This document shows positions 29,861 through 45,071 of a stretch of DNA of 64,000 nucleotides, piece after piece. The position numbers and the translations under genes are program-made. Below the pieces are notes generated by a model that worked only from the letters and a program-made list of their open reading frames with translations, was not told where the DNA came from and searched no databases. Position 1 is the first letter of the stretch, and every line of letters begins with the position of its first letter. Source of the stretch: Eledone cirrhosa (Eukaryota); contig OZ024745.1 in NCBI GenBank assembly GCA_964016885.1, positions 96,596,001 to 96,660,000 on the forward strand. The letters run 5' to 3'.

Positions 29861-30283
29861 AGGAGGTGAGTTTTATTGCAGCACAATAAACCAATGCAAA
29901 TATCGGATAAGTAGCACTAAACAATTTATTGGACTGGAGTATATATAGGAAGACATTTAAAAGATGATTAAAAATGTTCTATGTATTTCATTATGCGCAT
30001 TTCAAAAACAAATATCATCCAGTGACGATATTTGCGTTCTCATCAGATAAAATAGGGAGACATGATATGAAGCTTAAAAAAGACACTTGTGAGTAAAGTA
30101 GTGTCTAAACAATATATGTTGTTTAGACACTAACTTGCCCACAAGTGTCTTTTGTAAGCTTCATATCATGTCTCCCTATTTTATCTGATGAGAACGCAAA
30201 TATCGTCCCTGGATGATATTTGTATTTGAAATGCGCATAATAAAATACATGGAACTTTTTTAACCATCTTTTAATTTCTTCTT
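29861..30283. mobile_element. Fold-back copy of the 3' end of the 3701 PLE family, with a complete HHR on both strands
   Basis: Arms centred near 30115; HHRs at 29984-30054 (-) and 30177-30247 (+); 80-nt tail on the left. Confidence 0.85.
30177..30247 (+). ncRNA. Type I hammerhead ribozyme
   Basis: TATTTTAT-CTGATGA-gaacgcaaatatcgtcc(ct)ggatgatatttgtattt-GAAA-tgcgca-TA^ATAAAATA. Confidence 0.85.
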
Positions 30284-30314
30284 ATATATATATATACACA
30301 CACACACTCACATA

Positions 30315-30403
<89 letters not shown>

Positions 30404-30473
30404 ATAATAATAAATTTGAAGACTAAAATCCAAAGAGGGCTCGATAAGGATTCTTTAATCTGTTATTTTAATA

Positions 30474-32275
<1,802 letters not shown>

Positions 32276-32307
32276 ATGCTTTGGGGGGGGGGGGGGTCAT
32301 GTTGCCA

Positions 32308-32787
32308 ATAAGCTTCAACAAAAGCGAAACATGTCATGTCGGCTTATCTCCTCCTGTTTGCTGAGATCGAAGTGAGTGAATTTGTCACTACTTTAAAACA
32401 ATAGCTTACGGTCTTCAAAATGCTTTTAATTAAGCATAAAGTGTATTGCAAAATACATTATATTTACATCCATATATATATTGCTATTTCAGAGCTACAA
32501 TTCTAATTTTTAATTTCTGCCTGACCAACAACCGCTCTGCATAATCAGCTCCTGATTATTTACTAGATTTCTATAAGAATATAACATCATTGATCTCAGA
32601 AGACGGGCGGGGTAGTTGGCCTTGATAAGCTTCAACAAAAGCGAAACATGTCATGTCGGCTTATCTCCTCCTGTTTGCTGAGATCGAAGTGAGTGAATTT
32701 GTCACTACTTTAAAACAATAGCTTACGGTCTTCAAAATGCTTTTAATTAAGCATAAAGTGTATTGCAAAATACATTATATTTACATA
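32308..32787 (+). mobile_element. Retrozyme-like 317-bp partial tandem
   Basis: 32312 repeats at 32629; ends at an internal TA site into (TA)n; HHR at 32618-32661. Confidence 0.7.
32618..32661 (+). ncRNA. Hammerhead ribozyme, U3-A8 compensatory core variant
   Basis: GGCC-TTGATAA-gctt(caacaa)aagc-GAAA-cat(gtc)atg-TC^GGCT. Confidence 0.6.
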
Positions 32788-32844
32788 TATATATATATAG
32801 TGACGAAACATAAGTCAATTGCATGAACTCATAATCCTTTATTT

Positions 32845-32900
32845 ACTGCTATATATATTTCGATGATAGCCATTGAATGGCTATGACCTCATCAGGCAGT
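32845..32900 (-). ncRNA. Type I hammerhead ribozyme (27410 family, diverged)
   Basis: ACTGC-CTGATGA-ggtcatagcca(ttcaa)tggctatcatc-GAAA-tatata-TA^GCAGT. Stem II shows a compensatory change relative to 28273 (C-G to T-A). Confidence 0.85.
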
Positions 32901-33115
32901 GTAGTCAGTTCTTAGATATGCCAGCTCTGTGTTTATAGTGTTGATGGTATCAGACCCTTGGGACATATATATATATAATCAGGATGGAATCAGTTTGAAA
33001 CTGGTTAGCCCATTACTCAACAGAGTTCTCAATATTTGAGATTGTAGATTATAGTTATAACATAAGGAGTCGGGACCCGACGGCTGAGCTCTTGCCGTTT
33101 CAGCAGCCAGTTCCG

Positions 33116-33250
33116 GACTGGAAAAAATCTATTACTCATTTTGTCAAAAGAGCGTACTTTGCTTATTTCATAGTACAACTAGATAAACCATGGGCTCCTT
33201 ATGTTGTGTGCAAAATGTGCAACTGGGGCAATGGTGAATCGAAAGCGTTG
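33116..33250 (+). pseudogene. Small fragment of a putative DNA-transposon-derived protein
   Basis: KSITHFVKRAYFAYF...DKPWAPYVVCKMC resembles a motif I recall from repeat-derived animal proteins (AY..YF....QDK.WAPH..C..C). Superfamily not assigned. Confidence 0.4.
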
Positions 33251-33276
33251 CCTGGAATTCTTTTATATATAATTCT

Positions 33277-33456
<180 letters not shown>

Positions 33457-33460
33457 TATA

Positions 33461-34310
33461 TACAAATTACAAATTAATATAAATTAATATATGATAAACA
33501 CTAATACAATTATATAAGTGTTTGTATTGCAAATGACCAAGTTAGCTAGATTGAAAAATACTAATTAATTAATTAGTATTTTTCAATCTAGCTAACTTGG
33601 TCATTTGCAATACAAACACTTATATAATTGTATTAGTGTTTATCATATATTAATTTATATTAATTTGTATTTCACGGCTCAGAAATACCTCTTTCTTTGA
33701 GCTATTTAATTGTAAAGGACTGTTTAAGTTTATAACTCTATATATACTATTAACGGCTCCTTTTGTTGAGCTAAATTTTAGTCCCATAAAAACGGCTGTT
33801 ATTTCTAGCAGCACGAGTATAGGACTAGCTAGCCGCTGAAAAACCATGCGCGTTAAACACTTGCTTATAAGTCCTCCTAAGTATTTTGAGGTGAAACATA
33901 CCAATTTTCTGGATACCTGCAGAAGAGCACAGAAATTGAATTTTTCACTTTTTTCACTTATCGTTGCGAAACGAATTTGGGTTTTGAAATTTAAATTTGT
34001 CTGCGGAACAGGTTTGGGTTTTGAAATTTAAATTTGTCCAGGTATCACGGCTATTGCCAATATGGGTTTGTTTTTATTGATTTATTATTTTAAATCGAGA
34101 CAGACAAACTGTATTAACTTAATTAGTATTTTTCAATCTAGATAACTTGGTCATTTGCAATACAAACACTTATATAATTGTATTAGTGTTTATCATATAT
34201 TAATTTATATTAATTTGTAATTTGTATTTCACGGATCAGAAATACCTCTTTCTTTGAGCTATTTAATTGTAAAAGACTGTTTGAGTTCATAACTCTATAT
34301 ATACTATAAA
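33461..34310 (+). mobile_element. Retrozyme-like 550-bp unit (1.35 copies) with a short inverted arm
   Basis: 33571 repeats at 34121; palindrome centred near 33568; HHR at 33912-34046. Confidence 0.75.
33912..34046 (+). ncRNA. Hammerhead ribozyme, U4A variant with duplicated stem III hairpin
   Basis: GATACCTG-CAGAAGA-gca...tgc-GAAA-[hairpin-GTC] x2-^CAGGTATC, with a perfect 8-bp stem I. Confidence 0.65.
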
Positions 34311-34324
34311 TATATATATATATG

Positions 34325-35210
34325 TATGTAAAAAGTAAACAGAAATAACAGCACAATCGGTACAGTATATGGAAGGAATATATTAGGTTAACGCTTGATA
34401 TAGCAGGAAGAGAGCCTTAACGTTTCGGACGATAGTCCTAAATCAGAAGAAAGAATGACAAATAAAAAGGGACGGGCGGGTTGGAATTGGAAAAAATGTC
34501 TTTAGATAAAAATAACAGGTCCATTCATGTTGACATCTCTTGGAAAACTGTTGGTGCTGGCGTTTTGTTCATTTATTTAGAAAAGCGGAAGATGGAGCGC
34601 ATCTACCTGAAATTGAAAAAAATAAACGTTTTGTAAACGGAGCTATACTTGTGCACGTGCGTAAGCATGTGTTTGTGTGTGTGTGTGTTTGTGTGTGTGT
34701 CTGTGTTGTACGTCCCTACGAATCTAAGAAGAAATGTGTGTGTATATGTAAGTAAAAGAGTGTGTGTGCATGTAAGTACGAAGCTATCAGCAAAAGTATG
34801 TTAATATAAGGGCGTGTATGTGTGTATACAGAGCAGTGAAGGGAAAAGTGGATTGTGCATAATTTGTCAGTCTGTATTAGTTGTAAGAAAATATATTTAT
34901 GATCATGAGAGAGCGATAGGAATCTAGGAGTGAATATGCAAACGCGTGTGATAATGGATGGGATATTAAAGAAATTAGGTAGGTGAGTTGAGTCCAAGAG
35001 GGGAATAGGACCAAAGGCGGTGAATCAGACTCTGTTCAGTCCTGGTGCGCGAGGCCTGTGATATATGATGTAAAAGGACACCCAGGACTGAGACATGTAG
35101 GGAAGAATGACCAGGAGAATAGAAATGACGGGCGACAAGAGTATCCAAACCGAGTCGTATGGCCCTCAAATGCTCAGCAAAACGGTTCGCCATACAGCAT
35201 CCCGTTTGTA
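34325..35210 (-). mobile_element. Neptune-type PLE 3' remnant: GIY-YIG C-terminal half, UTR and degenerate HHR
   Basis: QTG..MANRFAEHLRAI....VARHFYSPGHS....V....R..EQSLIHRL....PLGLN (34975-35208). HHR relic at 34416-34449 with stem II GGAC/GTCC and GAAACGTTA. Confidence 0.75.
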
Positions 35211-35223
35211 TATATACATATAT

Positions 35224-35339
<116 letters not shown>

Positions 35340-35454
35340 AGTGGGATGGCGTTATCCTATGGCTAAAACAGCACGACGTGCTGTGACCAGCGGCGCCGAT
35401 TGACGCCCGATAGACTGGTCGGTCAAGGTGATCAAGGTGATATACATATATACA

Positions 35455-36205
35455 TATGTTACCCTACCTCATTAACATAAAATATTATGTTAATGAGGTA
35501 GGACAACATTATGTTAATGAGGTTGGACAATATTATGTTAATGAGGTAGGACAAAATTATGTTAATGATGTAGGACAATGCTATGTTAATGAAGTAGGAC
35601 AATGTTATGTAAATGAGTTTGGACAATGTCATGTTAATGAGGTTGGACAATATTATGTTAATGAAGTAGGACAGTATTATATTAATTATTGCCCTGCCTC
35701 ATTAACATAATATTGTCCTACAACATTAACGTAACATTGTCTCTACTTCATTAACATAATATTGTCCAACTTCATTAATATAATTGTTTCTACTTTTAGC
35801 ACAATTACCCAGTGTATTACTAGTACTTCATTTTATCGACTCCGTAAGGATGAAAGGCAAAGTTAATCCCGCCGAGGTTAACTTTGCCTTTCATCCTTAC
35901 GGGGTCGATAAAATAAAGTACCAGTAATACACTGGAAATTGCTGGCCTTGTGCCAAAAGTAGAAACAATTATATTAATGAAGTTGGACAATATTATGTTA
36001 ATGAGGTAGGGACAATATTACGTTAATGTGGTAGGACAATATTATGTTAGTGAAGCAGGACAATATTATGTTAATAAGGTAATATAATTTTATGTTAATG
36101 AGGTAAAATAATTTTATGTTAATGAGGTAGGATAATTTTATGTTAATGAGGTAGAACAATGTTATGTTAATGAGGTCTCAAGATACGACAATGTTATGTT
36201 AATGA
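35455..36205. repeat. 21-bp minisatellite with an internal inversion and a palindromic SINE
   Basis: TTATGTTAATGAGGTAGGACA units switch strand near 35690 and again after about 35965. SINE 3' halves lie back-to-back at about 35780-35970. Confidence 0.85.
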
Positions 36206-38658
36206 GAATTTCAACTTTTTTTTTTGTACCTTAGTTTGTGGAGAAAAAGCGATGTTCATCAGCTTTCGTCATTGCCTAATATTGTTGGGCGGAAAAGAAA
36301 AAAGTGACATCAAACCGGAGACCTGATCTGGATATTGGAATCAGACTGAACTCCGTTAAATGGACTTAAGGTGCAGATGGTGTTAACCTGGGTGATGAAT
36401 TTAGTTTACAGCACAAAACATCATCGGTCTCTCTAATTGATTTGAACAGTGTTTCCGTCTACTAAATTTCGCCTACAACTATATTATAAGACATTTGCCC
36501 AAGGTGTCGCCTATTTGGATCGAATCCCAAAACTCGTTATTGGGAAGAAAACTTTCTAACCACATAGCTATGCCATAAATATTATTCTAGCACATACTTC
36601 TTTATTTAGAGCAGAGCCCAAGAAACAAAAGTGAAAGAATGTATGTCGTTTTAAGTCTGAATGGGGTCCCCTTGAGGTTAAAATATCGATTAAAGAGAGA
36701 TATGAAACTAAGCCTTGTGTCACGATTTTAATGAAATATCTCATGCTACACATACAACAATAGTGGACACCGTGTGTTTCATCTTTCTGGTGCTGAAATC
36801 TCGTTCTATTCAAAAATCAATGTCTACTAGCTTTTGATCACGAAACCTGTGTCTGCTATATTTTAAATTATTTAACACTTTTCGTAGAACATTATTCAGT
36901 GCAAATCATGATACATTCTCTTCCCAGTTATACATTAATTTAAAATCAGTTCCGAACAAATAAAATGTTCTAGAAAGTGTTTCTTTCGCTTTCTTGATTC
37001 TGTCATTGATTGAAATCTGCTGAACTAAAAGGTAACTCAGTGATTTCAGTAAATTATCTGATTGTGCAATTCTCTTCAAAATCTTGTTTATGTATAAATA
37101 TATTGGTTAATGCACTACAAGCTATCAATATTTCAAATAGATTTATTTATATACATATATGTGTGTGTGTGGGGGGGGGGGGCATATATATGTGTGTGTG
37201 TGTGCGTGTGTGCGTGCGTGTGCGTGTGTTTCGGTGTTGTAAGGTTTCACATCAAATATTACATACAATAAAATGTCTGTTCTTTGTATGTGCTTCAGTG
37301 AAACTAAACTCTAAACTTTCCGCGCTTCATACCATGCAGATCCATAGCATTCTCCTCTTTCTCCTCCTCCTCCTTATTACCATCATCACCATCATCACCA
37401 TCATCATCATCATCATCATCATTACCACCACCACCACCATTATCATCATCATCATTTTCTTCTTCTTCTTCTTCTTCTTCTTCTTCTTCTTCTTCTTCTT
37501 CTTCTTCTTCTTCTTCTTCTTCTTCTTCTTCTTCTTCTTCTTCTTCTTCTTCTTCTTCAAGGAATATGAGTAACGTGATCTTTCCCATGGGACATAACAA
37601 AACAAAACTACAATAGCACAAAAACATTATTTTATTTAACAAAGTAAAGAGTGTAGAGATTGAGTCACCGAGTCTTACTGAATATCCAATGAAATCACGG
37701 AATGGAGTTTATAAATTTATATACTAAATCTGTAAACCCATTAATTATTTCCTGACGGTTCGAAACTTTAATTTTTAAAACTATTAATTATTTGCTGAAA
37801 TTGAGAAACTGTCATGCTTCTTGGTCATTTCGTCCAATATATAATAGAAGTGAGGAACTATTTCATATAAAAATTTTTGAAGTGCATCAGTGCTATTCAA
37901 TTCTGTAGTTTCCACGGATATTAACCGAGAGAAACCATCTAAAATCTTTTGAAATGTTGATGTACCACCCTAATTGAATTCTGAGATAACCTGTACTTTT
38001 AAAACTTTACTTCAGTGATTCTACGACCTGCAGAGTACTTTTCGATTTCCATCAACATTTAATATGCTGCATCCGTAAAGTTTATGTACGACACAAGACT
38101 GTTACATTAGTGATGTATTCTTGCCAGTCTAAGAATCTCACCCTTTATGTATAATAAATATTCGAATATTGATTTTTTTTTCTTCCAGGCAAAATGTCTA
38201 AAGATTTATTTTGGTATACAGGAGGATTTTTCAAAGAAAGTTATAGTCTTAGATGAATAGTTCTGCAACAATAATGAAGTATATTTATAAGCTGTAAAAT
38301 TTAAATTCTCAACGAGCCAACTTGGTGACTCCGTTTCAATTGTCAGTTGAAGTCATTCATTTACACTGTTCACTTTCTACAGAAAGGTATAAACCTCATA
38401 TAATCTCATTTCTACTCAATAATCTTAAGAATTTGTGCCTAAGAATCCAATATATTTTCCCCATAAACTATCATATGTTTCAAAATGTATCTAGCATTTA
38501 ACCCCCCTATCTCCGTTGATTTTCTTTTTTTGTTGTTTTGTTTGTTTTACTTTTATTAAAAGAAAACTTTCTATCACATTTTTATGTGATGAAAATATAT
38601 TTGAAAATGTTCCCACTGGTAAACGCATATCTATGCCTTTTTAAAGTGATTTAATTAA

Positions 38659-38853
38659 ATAATTGTTTCTACTTTTGGCACAAGGCCAGCAATTATCCCA
38701 GTGCATTACTGGTACTTTATTTTACCGACCCCGTGAGGATGAAAGGCAAAGTTAACCTCGGCGGGATTTGAACTCAGACTGTAAAGCGACGTAACTCTAT
38801 GCTGAAAAAGCATGGTGGCAGGCTCTCTATCGAGTCTGCCAATCCACCACCCT
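38659..38853 (-). mobile_element. tRNA-derived SINE
   Basis: Full-length reverse copy of the SINE family. Confidence 0.85.
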
Positions 38854-40286
38854 CTGGAGAAAGAAAGCAGACACTGACTAGAATAAAAGAGTGAAGAAAG
38901 GGAATTATATGTAAGAGAATGAGAGAAGAGAGAAAGGCGGAAAGATAAAATGGAATTTGCAGACCGTTTTAATAGCATTATACGTGTACAGAGGATCAAT
39001 ATTAAAAGTGACCTAACTAAATATGCTAGGGCCATTTTGGCTTTATTCCGAATTGCAGAACGTACAATTCAAGCGATTTTGACGAAGCCAAAATCTCAAG
39101 GGATAGTAAGGGAATAGCTGGAATAGCTGAATGAGAAACTATTTTCAATTTCTGAAGCAATAACAACAAACTAAGACAATGTAACCTAGTAAACCCTTTA
39201 GTGTAGAACCTTCTCTACTACTACCACTTTTATATAATTTCATCGCCGTCCAACTGGCATATATTGATCTTGAACATTCTTTATTAATGAACTGTTGGAA
39301 TGAATATATTTAGTGAGGTGGGAAATAAATCAAGACCCCATTGAAAGTTGATTCAAGAAGCAAAAAGCAGTTCCCCTAAAACCTTGCGAGACAACTAATT
39401 TATAGCTGATTAATTTGTTGTCGTCGTTGGTGAACCTTCAACACGTGGTGAATAAATAGATCTCCGCTATCCCATTTGACAGATTACTAACTTTGACATC
39501 ACTTGCTAATCTGGGAAAGGGAAAGGTGGATAACGTTTGGAGAGTTATTCCTGATAGAATAATAATTTCTATTGATTAGTAAGATAAACTGTTTGTTCTA
39601 ATTGAATTTCTGAATACTCAGAAGCAAATTAGAGGATTATAAAGAAAGTAATTAAAGACAAGTAAATAGAAAGTAAATATTAGACATAGATAAAGAAGAT
39701 AGCTCCGCAGAAATACCTGCGATAATTTGTTACGCCATTTTCCGTTCTGAGTTCAAATCTCGCAGGGAATGACTTTGCTTTTTAAGCTTCTAGGGTCGAT
39801 AAATTATGTACTGGTCAAGTGCAGGTCCTTGGAAATACTTATAAGGGAAATGGGTTAGTATAACAGTGGAATAATCGAACTAGATATCTTTTGTTATTTC
39901 ATTATATTCCTGTTCCTTCTGAGTTTAAAGCGCACCAGAGTCGACTTGGTGTCTCTTGAAAGTTCATATGTGATCCATGCATATACTAAGATGGATTTGA
40001 GTGACTGTTCTTTTACTGAAAATGTATGACCTTCTGTCATCTTAAAAATTAATATTATTGTTAGTCTCAAAAACCGCAACGACGGTGATAATGAAAGCAA
40101 ATCTAACCAGTGTGGGCGCCTTTCATGCGACATGTATTTCTGCAGCTCGTCTCTTTGAGCAAAATAGAGTCCTGGGTAAGTGCAGAACAAGGTTGGGCGT
40201 CTGGCATCTAGAATGTTGCCAGGTGTTCACGCCACTATACCACCCGAACAACGAGACAGGTGGTCAGAAAACAACACATACATTCC

Positions 40287-40346
<60 letters not shown>

Positions 40347-40399
40347 GGAATGCATGTGTTGTTATATGTATATATATACAGAGAGAGAGAGAGAAAAAT

Positions 40400-40451
40400 G
40401 GCTTCTACAGAACTATAACTGTTTCATTCGAAGGAAATCATCAGGAAAGGC
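40400..40451 (-). ncRNA. Hammerhead ribozyme (related to 44791)
   Basis: TTTC-CTGATGA-tttc(cttc)gaat-GAAA-cag(ttatagtt)ctg-TA^GAAG. Confidence 0.65.
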
Positions 40452-40533
40452 TATTATTAAAATTTGTTGTATACACTCTACTAATGTATTGAGTACCTTA
40501 CCTTACTTACTGTTGTTACCCTGCTTGGACCTG

Positions 40534-40567
<34 letters not shown>

Positions 40568-40739
40568 TTATATTTACATTTATATATATGGGATAATATT
40601 TTGAAGAGCACTGTTCCCTTTTTAAGACGGTGGGTGACTATTCGGGGAAAATATGGCTGTTATTTCTAGCAGATAGAATAATTTTGTTGGCTCACAAAAG
40701 TAAAATTAAGTTGTTTCAAGCAAGAACTGCATCATTTTC

Positions 40740-40948
40740 TACAAAGAATCGTTAAATTGTCGGACAAAATGTTATGCAGTGTTTGTTCTGGCCTTTTGTG
40801 TTCTGAGTACAAATCTCGTTGAGTTCAGCTTTGCCTTTCATCCTTCCAGAGTTGATAAAGTAAAGTGCTAGTCAAGTACAGCAGTCGATATAATAAAATT
40901 TCTCCTGCCCCCAAATTATAGGCTTTGTGCCTAAATGCGAAATGGTTA
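40740..40948 (+). mobile_element. Degenerate SINE copy
   Basis: TTCTGAGTACAAATCTCG...TTTGCCTTTCATCCTTCC...GATAAAG. Confidence 0.65.
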
Positions 40949-41752
40949 TATTCCATAGCGCTTGTCATAAACTAAACTAATATTGATTTCTTAATCAGAT
41001 ACAAAGTCAATTAAATCTATTTCACTATATTTCATATATATTTTATCGGCTCTAATAGGATGCAAGTAGATCACAGCAGGGTTTCAGCTCTAAAATGAGA
41101 AGCCGGAACTTCATTACAATAAATCATATAGTTCGGTGCTTGACTGTTTACATCAGTCCACCATTCATAGTTCGAAACTAAACTTTTATTGATTATTTTA
41201 TGACAATTAGAGATCAATCTATTCTTGAAGTGATAATGATTGCTTTTTAAATGATGTTCACTGATGTTTAGTCTCTCAACTGTTCATATTGGACGAAATG
41301 GAATTTTATCTAAATTAAACTAAATCATTCTTTCAGCAATCTTTTAAACGGTTTCCGAAGCCAGCCTCTCAAATATCTGTTGAGATGTCAAAAACATTCT
41401 CTCGGGCGATTTTCCGATTTATTTTTTAACATATTAATTTTTAGTTTTAAAATTCGCAAAGAAATGTGCTAAAAATAATGTACAAAGACAAATTCAGTTT
41501 ATTGTCATTGGTTCATTGTTAACAGCTAAAAGTACTTTTCATACTTTACACTTTATTTTACCAAAACATTTGTTGCTTTTCTCAGTTTGCCAGCTATATT
41601 TCCAAATTATATACAATACATTGTAAATCTAAATATAGTAATTATATAATCGATATATTCTAGAACTAGAAAATAGATAAAATATCTAAATTAAATTAAT
41701 AAAATCTAAACAAATCTGATTATAATAACAATGTAATATATATATGTATATA

Positions 41753-41830
<78 letters not shown>

Positions 41831-41913
41831 TTTCATAGGAGCAATTAAATATTTCTAAACTAACATATATAACATATAATTTGTAAATGTGAGAAGAAAA
41901 AAATATATATGTA

Positions 41914-41987
<74 letters not shown>

Positions 41988-42114
41988 TGTGTGGGGAGAT
42001 GTAGAAAGACTATAAATTCAAGCCGAATATTAAACATAAAAACATAATAACTTAGGCATTGAAATGTTAGTTTAGAAAATTTAATTGCTCCTATGAAATT
42101 AATATATATATATA

Positions 42115-42219
<105 letters not shown>

Positions 42220-42448
42220 ACATATATATATATATATCTGCGTGTCTGGGCATATTGATATATTTGTCAACGAAACTATATATATATACATACATATATA
42301 GTTTCGTTGACACATATATCAATATGCCCAGACATGCAGATATATATATATATATGTATACACACACACAGATATATATATATATTTTTCTTCACTCATT
42401 TACAATATATGAATATATATATTTATATATATATATATATATATATAT

Positions 42449-42827
42449 AAACGTTTGTATTTGTAAAGCCAAAACAATGTAGGTATGGACATAGAATATA
42501 AATGCAAATGCAAAAGATATTGTTGACAATTAGTCTTTTACCTTAAATTTATTTATATGTCCTTAATTTTCGAGATAATATCTCTTCTTCGGAAGACTTG
42601 GCAAGCTATTTAGAACACTGGTTTAACCGCTTTACTTCCCTTCGAAGAAGAGATATTATCTCGAAAACTAAGGTCATTTAAATAAATTTAAGGTAAAAGA
42701 CTAATTTTCAACAATATCTTTTGCATTTGTATTTATATTCTATGTCCATACCTGCATTGTTTTGGCTTTACAAATACAAACGTTTATAGCTCATTACATA
42801 ATGCTTCAAGTGAACTATAACTTCCTC

Positions 42828-42830
<3 letters not shown>
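42449..42830. mobile_element. Fold-back insert with a minimal HHR variant
   Basis: Arms of about 150 bp. Minus 42559-42597 reads GTCTT-CCGAAGA-agagat(att)atctc-GAAA-at-TA^AGGAC. Confidence 0.6.
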
Positions 42831-42899
<69 letters not shown>

Positions 42900-43028
42900 T
42901 GTGTGGGGAGATGTAGAAACGTTTTTTTATATAGAAGACTATAAATTCAAGCCGAGTATTAAACATAAAAACATAATAACTAAGGCATTGAAATGTTAGT
43001 TTAGAAATATTTAATTGCTCCTATGAAA

Positions 43029-43116
<88 letters not shown>

Positions 43117-43119
43117 TAG

Positions 43120-43840
<721 letters not shown>

Positions 43841-44405
43841 TACTTCGTTTTTGTATTTGATTTCTTATCTGAAAACGTGTGTTGCAATAGATATTGTTAT
43901 ATTTTGGAAGGGTTATGCTGCCAATAAAAACATACCCACCTATTGGTTTCCAGTTGGTTTAATAACCATATAGTCGATTATTTATTGTCACATTCTATGG
44001 CCTTCTTAGTGATTAATCTGTTATTTTGTGTCTCTACTTTGTTCTATCCTACCAACTAGATCGTGTAAAATAATCAAAAGTATTAAAATAATCAATTAAT
44101 CACAGTTATCTATCAAATATAAATGTGACGAAAGAATAGTAAAAAAATATACATTTTTTCTCCAAAGTCCCGACTGGTGTGCAGCAATCGTGTACCAGAA
44201 TTATATATATTCACACAATAAGTAAGAGAGGCGGTTTTATTCGTACATCCCTATTGTATTCGTTATACGTATTTCGAAGGTGCAAGGTAGTTATATAATA
44301 ACTGGCTTACGCGTTCTCAAACATACAAACAAGATATAAATCCCATTGATATGTTACCAGGCGGACGCGTTATTCACCTCGCCGACCAATATATATTGTC
44401 TTGTA

Positions 44406-44479
44406 TGTTTGTCTGAAGAGAGCGCATAAAGCAGTTATTATATAACTAAATTACATCTTCGAAATACGTATAACGAATA
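44406..44479 (+). ncRNA. Type I hammerhead ribozyme
   Basis: TGTTTGT-CTGAAGA-gag...ttc-GAAA-tacgta-TA^ACGAATA, with a degenerate inverted copy at about 44215-44335. Confidence 0.7.
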
Positions 44480-44600
44480 AACCTGTCTCTCTTATTCATT
44501 GTAATAAAACTCGGAATGAATAAAATCGTGGAGTGCTTCACATCTGTTAAAGAGTTAGTCGGCAGATTTTTAATCAACCAACTCTCTTCAATCGAATTAG

Positions 44601-44650
<50 letters not shown>

Positions 44651-44651
<1 letters not shown>

Positions 44652-44858
44652 GTTATTCCGGGTTGAATCGGAGGTAACCACAGTAAGTAAGGTACTCAAT
44701 ACATAGCAGAGTATAAAAGTTTTTATATAGATGAGATTCTACAGGACTAGAACTGTTTCATTCATTAGAAATCATCAGGAATCTCATCAGGAGATTCCTG
44801 ATGATTTCTAATGAATGAAACAGTTCTAGTCCTGTAGAATCTCATCTATATTAAAACC

Positions 44859-44860
<2 letters not shown>
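44651..44860. mobile_element. Fold-back insert with a complete HHR on both strands
   Basis: HHRs at 44733-44785 (-) and 44791-44843 (+) are joined directly at their stem I 5' ends; tail on the left. Confidence 0.85.
44791..44843 (+). ncRNA. Type I hammerhead ribozyme
   Basis: GAGATTC-CTGATGA-tttc(taat)gaat-GAAA-cag(ttctagtc)ctg-TA^GAATCTC. Confidence 0.85.
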
Positions 44861-44887
<27 letters not shown>

Positions 44888-44890
<3 letters not shown>

Positions 44891-45056
44891 ATAGCTATCT
44901 AATTACATAATAAACAACACAATATAATTATTCCATTACCCAATGTTTCATCTATATTTCTATATGATGAAGACTTCAGACGCCTCTGATAGAATCGTCT
45001 GACTTCGTGAAACCTTGGGTAATGGAATAATTATATTGTGTTGTTTATTACATAAT
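44888..45056. mobile_element. Short fold-back insert
   Basis: Arms at 44908-44950 and 45008-45050, each starting at TGAAAC; bounded by (TA)n. Confidence 0.55.
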
Positions 45057-45071
45057 ATATATATATATATA

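Noticed and set aside
35456-35710. (YVNEVGQ)n ORF
   Set aside because: A 21-bp minisatellite that continues in inverted orientation.
38189-38260. Possible terminal exon after TTTTTTTTCTTCCAG (AKCLKIYFGIQEDFSKKVIVLDE*)
   Set aside because: Too short, with no recognisable homology or partner exons.
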